64,000 nucleotides of DNA from Eledone cirrhosa (GCA_964016885.1 OZ024742.1:212660001-212724000); one strand, 5' to 3'; numbered from the stretch's first letter, positions 28,252 to 41,029 are shown. Translations and numbers: made by a program. The notes: generated by a model from the letters alone, not told the origin.

Positions 28252-28857
28252 TGTGGTTGATGTTAGGAAGGGTATCCAGCTTTAAAATACTCGGCCAAAT
28301 TTACAATCCTTGCCGGAGCAAGGTGCAACATGGCCATCCTTGCCTCCTGTCTAATTCATACAAGCATTGAAGAATTGATGCTAAACAGAAATAATGATGA
28401 TGATGTGTAGATTGTGTGGGTTACTAGTTGTCATAACTAATCAAGACAGGTTTAAAGGCAATTATGAAATTTCTTACCAATAAGGAAGGTATGGTAGAGA
28501 CAGGCCAAGGAAGACATGCAGTTTAGCAGAATGGTTGAAAACTGATCTCAAGATACTGAACTTCATAAAGGTAATAAACAAAGGAATGCAACAAGTGGGG
28601 GGATGCTGTACTGAAGTGGACTTGTCCAACCCATGAAAGCATGAGAAAATAAGCATAAAAATGACTATAATGATGATAACAATGATATTGATTGCAATAT
28701 TTTTTTTACATTTTTTCAAATTAGAACATATATCAATTTTGTTTTTCTTTTGATTATTATCCCCCCATATCATATTTGGAAGGTTAACCAAATTTTTATA
28801 TATTAGTTGTTTTGTTATCAAATTTTGCTGAATATAAATTATTATTATTATTAAAAA

Positions 28858-29375
28858 AGTGGATTGGCAGTATCGGTAGAGAGTCGGACGCCATGCTTTC
28901 CAGCATAGTTACGTCCCTTTACGATCTGAGTTCAAATCTCGCCAAGGTTGACTTTGCCTTTCATCCTTATGGGGTCGATAAAATAAAGTACCAGTAATGT
29001 ACTGGGTAATTGCTGGCCTTGTGCCTAAAGTAGAAACAATTATTAAAAAAAAGAAATAATAATAATGGTTTCAGATTTAGGCAAAAGGCCAGCAATTGGG
29101 GAGGGGAAATTCAATTAAACTGACCCCAGTGCGTGACTGGCACTTTATTTTATCCGACCCTGTAAGAACGAAAGGCAAAGCTAACCTTGGCAGCATTTGA
29201 AATCAGAACGTAAAGAGCCATAACTCTATGCCGCTAAGCTTGTTGCTTGACGCTCTACCGATACTGCCATTATTATTATTACAAATTTGCTTTAATCCTT
29301 ACGGGGTCGATAAAATAAAGTACCAGTAATGCACTGGGATAATTGCTGGTCTTGTGCCAAAAATAGAAACAATTA
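28858..29375. mobile_element. Cluster of three family-A SINEs in +/-/+ orientation
   Basis: 28858-29044 (+), about 29060-29270 (-, older variant), about 29287-29375 (+, 5'-truncated). Confidence 0.85.
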
Positions 29376-30267
29376 TTATTATTATTAAAATAATTATAAA
29401 CTATTTCAATTTTTCTGTATTAAAAACTGTGAACAGATTTTAGAGCTAAAAGCTTATGTTAAAAGCAGAGTATAGAATCAATAACTGGAAAGTCAATCAC
29501 ATGCTACTGTAAAGCTGAAGACTTGTTCACTCTTGTTGTGATGAAAATGTTATACATGCCTGTCGAAAGTGTAGGCTGAACAATAAATGGATGATGAAAA
29601 TTACACAAAGCCCCACAAAGCACATGAATTATTAATTTGAGTGTGTTGCAGTTATCACTGTAACATTCAATGTCAGATTCTAGCAAATATATACCTATTG
29701 TTTGTACATGTATTTATGTTCATATCCACTTATAATTATAATTTAACTGTTTTGATGCCAAACAGTTCAACACCATCCCTGGTTCTTGATACTAAACTGT
29801 TATTTTAATGTCTTTATATTCATCTAAAAACCTTTGAACACTTAAAATATTTCTTAAGTTATACTTCAGCCTAGTATTGAGAAAGTTAGTTATATTGCTA
29901 AATCCCACTATATTTGTGATTATTTAAAAAATCATTGGCAATTTTAATCACTAGAAATATGGTAACAAAAGGGTTCACATATGCATTCAACCATATACAA
30001 ACTATGATTATATATATATATATATATATGTGAGAATGGAAAAATGGATGTAAAATGGTGATGATGATGCATTCATACATAGAAGCACACATACTATCAT
30101 TCTCATGCAAGAACATACTCATTCATATTAACACAAATATCAATGCAGATATATTAAAAACTCATACATGGACACATATATTTGTATGCAAGCCTTTAGG
30201 TAGGAACACATGATGTCATATATATCAATACAAGCACAATTTTAGCTGCTTCATGGAAACACGTACA

Positions 30268-31010
30268 TATCATCAATATCATCATTGTTTAACCTCTATT
30301 TTCCATGCTAGTATGGGTTAGATGGGTTGGCCCAGTTGAGGCAAGTCAGGTTGGGTGATCATGTCTTGCTCATACAGAACTGTTTCTGGCTAGGTTTCTA
30401 TGGCTGGATGCCCTTCCTAACGCTAACCACATTTACAGTGTGTGCTGAGTGCTTTTTGTCGTGTCACCTACATAACTACTATACAGTGTGGACTGGGTGC
30501 CTTTTATCGTGACACCATAATGACCACTTTACAATATGGGCTGGCTGCTTTTTGTCATGGCATCAAAACGACCACTTTATAGACTGGGGTGGGGGTGTAA
30601 AGGCATGAGGGAGGATAGGGGTTAGGAGGTGCATATTAGATGTATGCTTCAACCCATCTGCATGAGAAGTCGGGCTTTCTGTATTATGGTATAACGCCAA
30701 AGATCTCAATCCTGTGTTATCGCTTTCGAGAGGTGCAATTGTCCAAGGTCAGCTTTTATCACCTCATCCCAGGTCTTCCAACTCCATTGCTTTCATCAAC
30801 TTTGATCGCCCTGCACCTTTTTATACAGCTGTCATCCTTCATATGCATCATATAGCCATACCAACAAAATCTCCTCTCTTACACACTGCATCTGATCCCC
30901 TTTATGCCTAGTTTCTTTCTTAGTTCATTTACGCTTTGGTGTTCATGTATATTACACATCCATCAGAACATACAGGCTTCATTTCTTTCTAATCTTCATT
31001 GGTCTCTACC
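30268..31010 (-). mobile_element. RTE LINE 3' fragment with tandem sub-repeats in the 3' UTR
   Basis: Minus strand encodes a C-terminal RTE segment (ERNEACMF, GRPG) followed by a 3' UTR and degenerate (GAT)n tail. Confidence 0.75.
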
Positions 31011-31733
31011 ACAATGATGCAGACATACAATGCAATAGGAGGAAACATAATAGTACCACTGATAATGTTGCAGATGTGCAACGAAAGAACTTTGTTAGAC
31101 TATATATATGTGTTTATATCTGTATTTTTGACCGTTGGTCAGTCAATGATAAACAACGAGGACCAAATGAATTAACTATAGAGATATATATATATATATA
31201 GGGAGCTCATAGATTGGACAACACTGTTTTTTGTGGTGGTAAGTTTTTATTAATTTTCGTATTCTGAAAGATCAAAATACAACAACATTTTTGCTCATTG
31301 GACTCCAGGGAAATGTTCTGACAAAAGCTGTGGAAGTTACAGAAACATTCCATATATTTTTCCAGAGCAATCTCTATTTAAATTTTACATTTTATGTTTA
31401 TTTGTCCCCCATTGCAAAATGGCCATAAATTCAAATTTTGAAGAGAGCGGAAAAGGGACAAGTGAACTTGATACATCTCACTGCCCCCCTGCCACCACAA
31501 CAACGGCTACACTCGCTCCCCACCACCACCACATAAGTCATTACCCTATCTACACTAAGGTGTCTGACCTGTTGACAAACTCCTAACTCCTTTCTCTGTG
31601 TTGAATGTTTGTGTATATATATATATGTATGTGTATGTATATATATATGTATGTGTGGGTATATATGTATATATATATCTCAGTCTATGCAACCAGATTT
31701 CAACACAGCAACAACATATTATATACGTATGTA

Positions 31734-31764
<31 letters not shown>

Positions 31765-31883
31765 TGCCGTAAGCAACTAATCACATTCTTTCTAACTTGA
31801 CCACTGCCACGTCACGATTCTTAGCCATTTTTGAATCTATTTCTGGCGGGGATTGCTTTGGAAAATTAACTGTCCTATAAGTT

Positions 31884-31963
31884 TGTCTCCTGATGAGTTC
31901 GATACTCAAAATTTATCCTTAATAGGATATCTCAAAACACGAACGAAACCCAGGATAGGGTCA
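31884..31963 (+). ncRNA. Type I hammerhead-ribozyme-like motif, degenerate
   Basis: CTGATGA (31890-31896), stem II GTTCG/CGAAC, GAAA (31945-31948), short stem III CCCAGGA, then TA; stem I TGTCTC/GGGTCA gives 5 of 6 pairs. Confidence 0.55.
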
Positions 31964-32280
31964 TAATCATGGTAAGAGTGTACGCATTTCTTCTAACTTT
32001 AAATTTATACCTAATTGTGTATGGTTGATGGTATATTTAGTTGATTTCTACATGCTGTTGAAATGTTGGGTAAATATTCTATTGCAGTTGACCGCGAAGA
32101 GGCCACTTTCGTTTATTTATCAAATATTTCTTCATAGGAGCCTTTATTCTTATAGCCTGGTCTAATTGATTTTTGATGTGATTAATTATGCTAAGATATA
32201 TATAAGTATTGAAGTTTCCGTTGAAAATTGAAAAAGTCATAGAAGTGAAGAGTGTTCTACGTAAGCTACAGAGCTAAATT

Positions 32281-33370
32281 TAATGTATAATAAACAATAC
32301 AATATAATTACCTCATTACCAGAGGTTTGTACCCATTTATTCATACGGCTGGTTTTTATATATGTATGTATGTATGCGTGTAAGTGTGCATATATGTGTA
32401 TACGTGTTTGTATATGTGTGCGAATGCATTCGTATGTGCGCGTGTACGTGTATATGTGTGTGTGTATGTGTGCTTTTACATCTGTTTTTTACATATATAT
32501 ATATATGGTCACGAGCGTGCGTGTGATTAGATGTACATGTATGTATATATATGTGTATCGTGTGTATGTATGCATGCTTTTGTATGTATGTATGCATGTA
32601 TGTGTTCTTGTTTGTACGTATATATATATATATATATATAAAAAAATATATATATATGTGCGTACGAACTTCTGTATGTTTTCTACTTTTTATTTATTTT
32701 TTCTAGTGTTACTTTATAATTGATAACCCCTCCCTCTTACTTTCTCTTTGACTTAATTTTTATTCTTATATATTATTTCATTTTCATATTTTTATATCTA
32801 TATCGACCTTCAGTCTGACACTGCTTTGACTGATACACTCCCTTCCCTGTATATATCACATACATGTATGTGGTTGCGCATGTGTGTATGTTTATACGCG
32901 TGCGTCCTTTCATCCTTGTATGTGTATATATTTCAATCCTTAGTCCCCGAGTCTGTATGTACGCTAACTCTATTATCTTACAATTTTTTTTTTCAACATA
33001 TATTATATACATATTTGTGGTCACACATACACTGATATGCTTGCCCTCATATATGTAGTTACGCACACATTTTTTCACTATACACATGCATTTGTACATA
33101 CACACATATGTACATTTGTAGGTGCATATACACACATTTATACATATACCCTTACTATATTTCCTTATTTTATTTTTATATATCTCTTGCATTACTTTTA
33201 TTTATATATTTTTTTGCCCGTTAAACTTTTGCCTTTCTTGAGATTTTTCAAATATTTCACTGTTTTAAATTGCCTTGTCTGACGAACGAATGAAGACGTT
33301 TCTTGTATTCGTCTTATTCGGGAAGCCTCTGGTAATGAGGTAATTATATTGTATTGTTTATTATACATTA
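32281..33370 (+). mobile_element. Penelope-like/retrozyme-like non-coding unit with an inverted copy of its 3' end at its 5' end
   Basis: 32281-32325 is the perfect reverse complement of 33326-33370 (45 bp); interior is microsatellite-rich; a hammerhead overlaps the 3' copy. Confidence 0.65.
33268..33345 (+). ncRNA. Type I hammerhead ribozyme motif
   Basis: Stem I AATTGCCTTGT/ATGAGGTAATT (11 pairs, 3 of them G-U), CTGACGA (33279-33285), stem II CGAAT-G-AAGACG/CGTCTT-ATTCG, GAAG, stem III CC-TCT-GG, GUA triplet with predicted cut after 33334. Confidence 0.72.
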
Positions 33371-33928
33371 TCATCATCATCATCGTCATCAACGTTTAAC
33401 GTCCGTGTTCCACGCTTGCATGGGTTTGGACGGGGGTTTTCCCCACTTGAGGCAAGAGTGATTATCTTGCTCGCATAGGACTATCTGGCGGGTTTTCTAC
33501 AGCTGGATGCCCTTCCTAACACCAACCACATTTACAGTGTGGGGCTGGGAGGTTTTTACCGTGTTGCCTACACGGCCACATTACAGCGTGAACTGTGTGT
33601 TTTTTTGTCGTGACACCTACACGATCTCATTTGTTTCGGCCTGGATGTTGTGGCACCAACATAACTTTACATTGAAAGGGGTAGTGTGGATGGGGTGGGG
33701 GTGGTGGGACGGGGTGTATTTTGTTAGAGATGCCTACTGGCTGTAGTAGGTTTTACTTTGTATTTAGGTAAGGCGGGTCTTCTCTATTACTGAGTACCGC
33801 CAAAGGTCTCGGTCCAGTGACATTGTCTTGGAGAGGTGTAAGTGTGTGAGGTCGGAATTTATCAGCTCGTCCCAGTTTTTTCTGGGTCTGCCTATTCCGT
33901 GGCTACTGTCTATCTTTATTGCCCTGCA
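33371..33928 (-). mobile_element. 5'-truncated RTE LINE 3' end (long-3'-UTR family)
   Basis: Near-identical to 17851-18339 and extends further into the GRPRKNWDELINSDL coding segment. Confidence 0.85.
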
Positions 33929-34213
33929 CAACAACAACTACAACAACAGTAACTACAACAGCAACTGCAACAACAACAGCAACAACACCATTGTCTGTGT
34001 TGAATGTGAGTGTATGTATGTATATATCACACACGTGAAGCGACCAAATTTCAAAACTTCAACCCAGCGACTACAACAACAGCAACAACACCATTGTCTG
34101 CAGCAGCAGCATCAGTGAAATGAACAACAACAACAATGACAACTGCAATCACCATCACTATCCGCCACCACCACTACCATCACCATCACTGACACCATCC
34201 ATCACCATCACCA
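33928..34213. repeat. (CAA)n/(CAG)n/(CAC)n low-complexity tract
   Basis: Read directly from sequence. Confidence 0.85.
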
Positions 34214-34519
34214 GCGATCAGGCCTTAAGAAGAAAACAACTATAATACTAAATAACTATTCTGTTCTTGGCACGGGGCAGCGATTGTCCCAGCACATTGC
34301 TGGTGCCTTGTTTTGGGCCTGGAGCGTGGAGGGCCATTGCTTTATGCTGTAAAGCAAACAATTATTATTATTATTATATAAAGACTGAACTGTAAAAGTC
34401 AACAGTTGACATGATCTTGTATCAGGACTCACGGTAATATATGTATGTGTGTGTGTGCCTTGAGTGTCAATAAGTGGTGTTTTTTTTTTTTTTTTTGTTA
34501 TGACCGTGCTGTAAAATGG

Positions 34520-37500
34520 AGAGGTAGAGAGGGCCCATGAGTCCAGTAAGACATCCTCTCTAGTGCTGGTGGCACGAATAAAAGCACCCAGTCCATGCTG
34601 TAAAGTGGCACTGGTGTTACAAAGGGCATCCAACCAGTGTATCAATGCCAAAACAATTATGAGCACAGCAACAAATATATAGGAACAACAAAAATATGAA
34701 GACGTTGCATCTCAGAGTTGCAACACTTAATGTTGGCACTCTCACAAGTAGATCTGCTGAAATAGTAGAGATGCTGGAGAGAAGGCATGTGGATGTGTGC
34801 TGCGTGCAGGAGGTGAGATGGAGAGGTGCCTCTGCGAGACTAGTCGCAGGCAAACATCTTAGCTATAGGCTTTTCTGGGTAGGTAAGGATGATGGGTTAG
34901 GGGGAGTAGGCATTTTCCTGGCTGAGAGATGGATCAATAAGACATTAGAGGTAGTTCGAGTTAATAATCAAATAATTAAGCTTAGATTAGTTGTAGGCAG
35001 GAGACTACTGACAATCATCTCGGCCTATGCTCCCCAAGCAGGCCTAGGTAGAGAAGAGAAAGACTGCTTTTACGAGCAACTTTTACAAACAGCTGCAATG
35101 ACAGAGGACGGAGACATCGTTATGCTAGCAGGGGACTTCAATGGTCATGTTGGACAGCTTCAGGATGGTTACACTGGGGTACATGGTGGGCACGGTTACG
35201 GCTCAAGAAAGGAAGAAGGAGTGAGACTTCTTGAATTTTGTGATGCAAGTACACTGACTATTTGCAACACTAACTTCCAGGGACCTGCCAACTACCTAAT
35301 AACCTACAAATCAGGCGAGCACATAAGCCAGATTGACTTCTTACTAGTTAGGCAGCGGGACAGGCAGATGGTGTCAAATACCAAGGCATACCCTGGGAAA
35401 GAATGTACCCCACAGCATAGGTTAGTCGTTAGTGATATCTCAGTAAGCAAGAGATGGAATGAGACATACGTGTGGAACGAGAAGGTGTGGAGAAGAAAGG
35501 TTTGGAAGCTAAAAGACCTTTCACTGAAATACAAATTTAGGAAAGCTCTTCAAGATGTGTATGACGAAAAAGAAGACGATTTAGAGTCGTATAACATATA
35601 TAATTGTTTCTACTTTTGGCACAAGGCCAGCAATTAGCCCGTACATTACTGGTACTTTATTTTATCAACCCCGTAAGGATGAAAGGCAAAGTTAACCTCG
35701 ACGGGATTTGAACTCAGACCGTAAAGGGATAATAACTGGAATTTCTTACGTGACAACTTACTGCAGGCTACTGATGAAACTTGAGAGTGACCTGGTGGTG
35801 GAACAGCACAGTAGATAGGGCCATTAGAGACAAAAGACTAGCATGGAAGGCTTGGAAAAAGGGTGGGATTAGAGAAGGATATACAGCCGCTAAGAGAGAA
35901 GCTAGACGTCAGGTGTACTTAGCACGCAGGGAGGCTGAGAGTAGGAGGTTTGCCAATGTTCTGCGAAGGGAAGATCAGAGGCATGCAGTGTTCCACATTG
36001 CAAGGCAGTGTGTCAATGCAAATCAGGATGTTGTTGGAGATAAATGTGTCCGGAATGATGCTGGTGTACTTAGTGTCATGAATGATCAGAAAAATGAGGC
36101 CTGGAAATGTCATTATGAGAGACTGATGAATGTGGAGAGAGAGAAATTACCCTCAGTAGATCCAACAGAGGGACCAGCTATTGAGATTGGCGAATATAGG
36201 GTCCAAGAGTCAATTAAGGAAATGAAAAATGGTAAGGCTGCTGGACCGTCGGGGATAGTTGCTGAGATGCTGAAGGCATCAGGGAACATAGGCACTAAAC
36301 TGATTCCATGCATCATCAATCAGACTATATATGGTGGTGTCATACCCAAAGACTGGTGCAGCAGTATTCTCATAAATTGCTACAAAGGTAAAGGGGATGC
36401 TCTGGAGAGGAGCAATTATAGGGGTATAAAACTGATAGATCAGGTTATGAAAGTGGCAGAAAGGATATTAGCACAACTAATTAGAGAAAGGGTCAAACTA
36501 GATGAGATGCAGTTTAGTTTTATGCATGGGAAAAGTACAACAGATGCCCACTTCTTGGTGAGAAAATAACAAGAGAGGTTCTTAGAGAAGAATAAGCCAC
36601 TATACTTAGCCTTTGTTGACCTAGAGAAAGCCTTTGATAGGGTACCCCGATCTGTCATCTGGTGGTCCCTAAGGAAGCTAGGTGTTGAGGAATGGCTTGT
36701 GAGGACGGTGCAAACTTTGTACAGAGGTACTCTCAGTAAAGTCAGGGTAGGAATGGAGTTTAGTGAGGAATTCCAGATACAAGTAGGTGTACATCAGGGT
36801 TCGGTCCTCAGCCCGCTCTTGTTCATTATAGTCCTCCAAGCCATAACAGAGGAGTTTAAGATTGGCTGTCCATGGGAACTTCTCTATGCTGACGATCTGG
36901 TTCTTATAGCAGAATCAGTAGAGGAGCTAGAGAATAAATTCTGGCTATGGAAACAGCAGTTGGAATCAAGACGACTGAGAGTGAACCTAGCTAAGACAAA
37001 AGTGTTGATGAGTAGAAAAGAGGACAAAACTCTGATTCCGTCAGGGAAATGGCCATGTTCGATATGCAGAGAAGGAACTGGCATAAATTCTATAAAATGC
37101 ACACAATGCAGATCCTGGGTACACAAGAGATGTAGCAGGATAGTAGGCAAACTAACAGGTAGGGAGAAATACATATGCAGTAGATGTACAGGGAAATTAG
37201 ACAGTAGAAGTCACATTGATAGACACATTTTTCAAATGCAGGCGGGTGCTATAGAAGTGGATAGCTTCCGGTACCTAGGAGATCAGATTAGCATGGGAGG
37301 GGGGGGGGGGGAGGTTCCGAGGCCATAGTATATAGAATAAGGACGGGTTGGAAGAAGTTTAGGGAGCTGCTTCCTTTGTTGACGAAGAAGGGTTTCTCCC
37401 TGCGTACGAAAGGCCAGTTATATGATGCCTGTGTGAGGAGCGCGATGCTGCATGGTAGTGAGACATGGGCAGCAACTGCAGATGATATGCGACGGCTAGA

Positions 37501-37880
37501 GAGAAATGAGGCAAGCATGCTCCGTTGGATGTGCAATGTCAATGTGCGTGAACGACCCAGCATGGATGTGTTGAGAGAGAAACTGTGTCTGAGAGGGATA
37601 GAATGTAGTGTGCGAGAGGAGACTGCGGTGGTATGGACATGTGATGCGCATGGAGGATGACCGATGGGTGAAGTGCCAGGAAATGCCAGTTGAAGGAAGA
37701 CGTGGTAGAGGTAGACCACGAAAAACATAGGTGGAGGTGGTGAGAACAGACCTCAGATCGCTGAAGCTCACGGTGGAGATGACGAAGGACCGTGACAAGT
37801 GGAAAGATGCTGTGCTGAATAAGACCCGCCTCACCCTTGCAAGCAGGGAAAAGCAGACGTAAAATGATGATGATGATGAT
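34520..37880 (+). mobile_element. Near full-length decayed RTE-clade LINE (short-3'-UTR family)
   Basis: ATG at 34696; APE motifs (TLNVGTL, VQEVRW, SAYAPQ, AGDFNGHVG, SQIDFLL, PQHRLV); RT motifs (DLEKAFD, QGSVLSP, YADD); PHD-like finger; (GAT)n tail. Disrupted by a SINE, a stop at 36567 and frameshifts. Confidence 0.95.
35600..35727 (-). mobile_element. 5'-truncated family-A SINE interrupting the RTE ORF
   Basis: SINE core and B box present; RTE-like sequence resumes afterwards as NWNFLRDNLLQATDE. Confidence 0.85.
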
Positions 37881-39332
37881 AATTAAAAGATACAGAAGCG
37901 AAAACAGTGAGTGTGTTTTGTTATTATTTCTGGCAATATTATTACAACAATATGACCCTCTCCAAGTATAACAATATATATATATACACACACACACGTA
38001 TATATAATCAAGCATCCTATTTACCTACATCTCTCTAACCACATAAATAAAGGGTTCTGCTCTCTCTCACACACACACACATTTCAGAAGCAATAAACAA
38101 ACAGTAATCCAGTTCTTTTATTGTCCTTGTGGGAAGCAGTCAGTAGATGTGTAATCTGATATATAAAAGCTGTTGTAAGTCAGAGTGATAGTTTTTAAGT
38201 AAATGACTACTAGCTATATATTAAGGTACTATGACGGATTCTTTTTTTGGTAAAAGTATCAGTGACACACTACCAAAGCCCTATTTCATGCTATATATAT
38301 ATATATGCACATATGATCTCATAATTACTACCACTGTTAAGAAAAAAAGTTGTGTTGGTGTTTTGGTATGAAACCTAAAATTTACAGGAAAAAGGAATTT
38401 GGAATGTGTGACATTTATGCTTTTGATACAAATGGTTCTGCTGAGGAATTTCGTTGCAAGCCTTCAAAACTGGTAGAACAGTTCCCTCCTTTTTCCCATT
38501 TTTCTCTGCAGTCATAGGTCACATTGATTTCACCAGTCTAGGAGGGGGGACAGGACGACATGCAAAGATCATGAACACTGCTCGTCTCTTCTGACTGAAC
38601 AACTTATCAAAATATGTAATATGCTCAGCTTATTAACTATTTACTGTTGTACTAATACATCCATTGAGTTTGTGGATAATATAAAAAATATTATTAAGCC
38701 AGTTTAGTGTCAGCAATGGTACTACTCTGGTTTCGTTTTCCCTGTCTTCTCATTTCATATGCTACCAATCAATAGGATAAGTACTAGGATATACTACCAA
38801 GCAATAGGTTAAGTACATCTCCTACAAATTTGTTATTTAATGAGCTAACAGTATTTTGTCTATAACATTATCAAATATAGTGGATACTAGAGCATATTTT
38901 ATTATTAGTTACACCTGAATTTGTTGGCATTTTCAAGTGTTAAGTTCTCTTTCACCTTGAAGAAGTAGCTAGTTAGTATATCTTTACCAATCTTTATCTA
39001 TACTAACATCAAAATCATGTTACTTCCTTTTGATCTTGTTGATAAGGTACCAAAGTCCTGTCTCTCAACTTCATTCACCTAATGCCTAATTGTAGTGGTT
39101 TTTCAGTCAGGGTGCTTCAACACACTAGAATCACAACTACTAATAGTTACAAACAATACTGCAGGATTTCACCCAGATAACTCCATGATTTACTGTTTGA
39201 AAGCTACTTGCTAATATCACAATCATTTATGTTATCTTCAAAGTGAGTTAATTATAGTGTTGGCTTCTTTAAGTGCAGAAAACCCCTACATTATTGGAAA
39301 TTGGATGAACTTAAATAAAATCTGCATATTCA

Positions 39333-40880
39333 ATGAGTATAGTGAGGAATTCAGTGAGCAAGTGGGGTCCACCAGTGTTCTGTTCTTAACTCCCTCCTGT
39401 TCATCATTGTCCTGCAGGTTATAACAGAAGAATTTAACCCTTTAGTATTTACATTTCTCTATATTTACTATTGTTTTTTTTTAGTAAACACTTTAACTCA
39501 CATAATATCGAATCTTTGAGATTTTGATATTATTTATTTTGAGAACAATACCTTAACATTTCTATGAGCAACTGGTTATAGCTGCTTTGAACAGAAAGAA
39601 GTGAGAGAATTCTGGCTGGATATGGCCGGTTTAAATGCTAAAAGGTTAAGACTGGTTGCCCATGGGAACTCCTATATGCCGACAATCCGACCCTCATAAT
39701 TGAATCTATGATAGAATTAGAGAGGAAATTTCAGACAAGGAGGCACAGATTGGAAACAAAAAGTTAACCTGGCAAAGACCAAAATCCTAGTGAGTAAAAG
39801 CGAAAACAGGGCTCTCATCCCCTCATGGAAATGGCCCTGTTCTGTGTGCAGGAAAGGAGTAGGTATAAACTTAACCCTGTGTCCCAAATGCAAATTATAG
39901 GTACACAAGAGGTGTAGTGGGAAATCAAGCAGGCTAGCAAAGAACAGACTTCATATGTGGATATTGCACAAGGCGGTAAGCAAAAACCCTCAAGAAACAA
40001 GCTCTTTTAAATGCACAGAGACTCCATAGAGACTAGTTGATAGTTTCTGCTACTTGGGAAACCAAATCAGCAGTGGAGCTGGATGCTCAGAAAGTACAGT
40101 TGCCAGAATAAAGATGGAATGGATAAAATCAGACAGCTGCTGCCACTGCTAGCTACAAAAGGTTTCTTACTCAAGATAAAAGGCAAGCTGTATGATATCT
40201 GTGTGTGAACAGAAATGCTATATGGAAGTGAAACCTGGGCATTGAGAATCTTCATAGATTGGAAAGAAATGAAGCTTGCATGCTCTGATGCATGTATAAC
40301 AGTAGTGTACATGAATGGTGAAGTGTAAATGAATTGAGAGCAAAACTGGGCATAAGAGGGATCAAATGCTGTGTGCAGGAGAGAAGACTGCAACGGTATG
40401 GGCATGTGATGCGCATGAAGGATGTATAAAAAGGAGCACTTGAAGTTGTAGGGTGTCTCGGAAGAGGAAGACCTAGGAAGACGTGGGATGAAAAGATAAA
40501 GGCTGACCTGGCACAGGTGAATATCTTGATGGAGATGACAAGACAGACCTCTGGTACTATGATGCACAACAGAAGACCCAAGCCGACAACCCAGTCCAAC
40601 CTGCACCATATGAGCAAGATATAGCATGGCCAACTAGCCAGCCTTGCTTCATAAGTGGGACCATCTAGTCCCACACTGTAAATGCGGTTAGTGTTAGGAA
40701 AGGCATCCAGCAGCTGTAAAAACACAGGTTCCACTATGTGCAAGGCTTGGTAGGACCAACTGGCCAGACCCTTCTCATAACAGGACAACCCAATTCCATG
40801 GTTCCGCTATGAGCAAGATATGGTGCAACCAACTGGCCAGACCCTCCCCATAATGTGACCACCCAGTTCTACACTGGAAG
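39333..40880 (+). mobile_element. Degenerate 5'-truncated RTE LINE
   Basis: ITEEFKTGCPWELLYAD (once the MITE is removed), WKWPCSVCRKGVG, GRGRPRKTWDEKIKADL, followed by a 3' UTR. Confidence 0.85.
39438..39645. mobile_element. piggyBac-type MITE inserted in an RTE RT
   Basis: TTAA TSD at 39434-39437 and 39646-39649; TIRs CCCTTTAGTATTTA / TAAATGCTAAAAGG; removal restores the RTE codons. Confidence 0.9.
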
Positions 40881-41029
40881 GACATCGAGCAGCTTGAACC
40901 TTTAATATAACATGTTCCTCACATAATATAATTTATAGAGTCTTCGGAAGTGTAATTTTCAGTGAAACAAAGTAAAACAAAATTTTTTTTTTTAATATCC
41001 AAAATGGCTATAACACTTATAGCCATCTG

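Noticed and set aside
32281-33370. DNA transposon or MITE with 45-bp TIRs
   Set aside because: No TSD is evident and the repeat starts inside a hammerhead core, which fits a Penelope-type inversion better. Not fully excluded.
34696-37860. Active autonomous LINE
   Set aside because: A SINE insertion, an in-frame stop and frameshifts break the ORF; the 19560-23785 copy is also broken and has YPDD at the catalytic motif.
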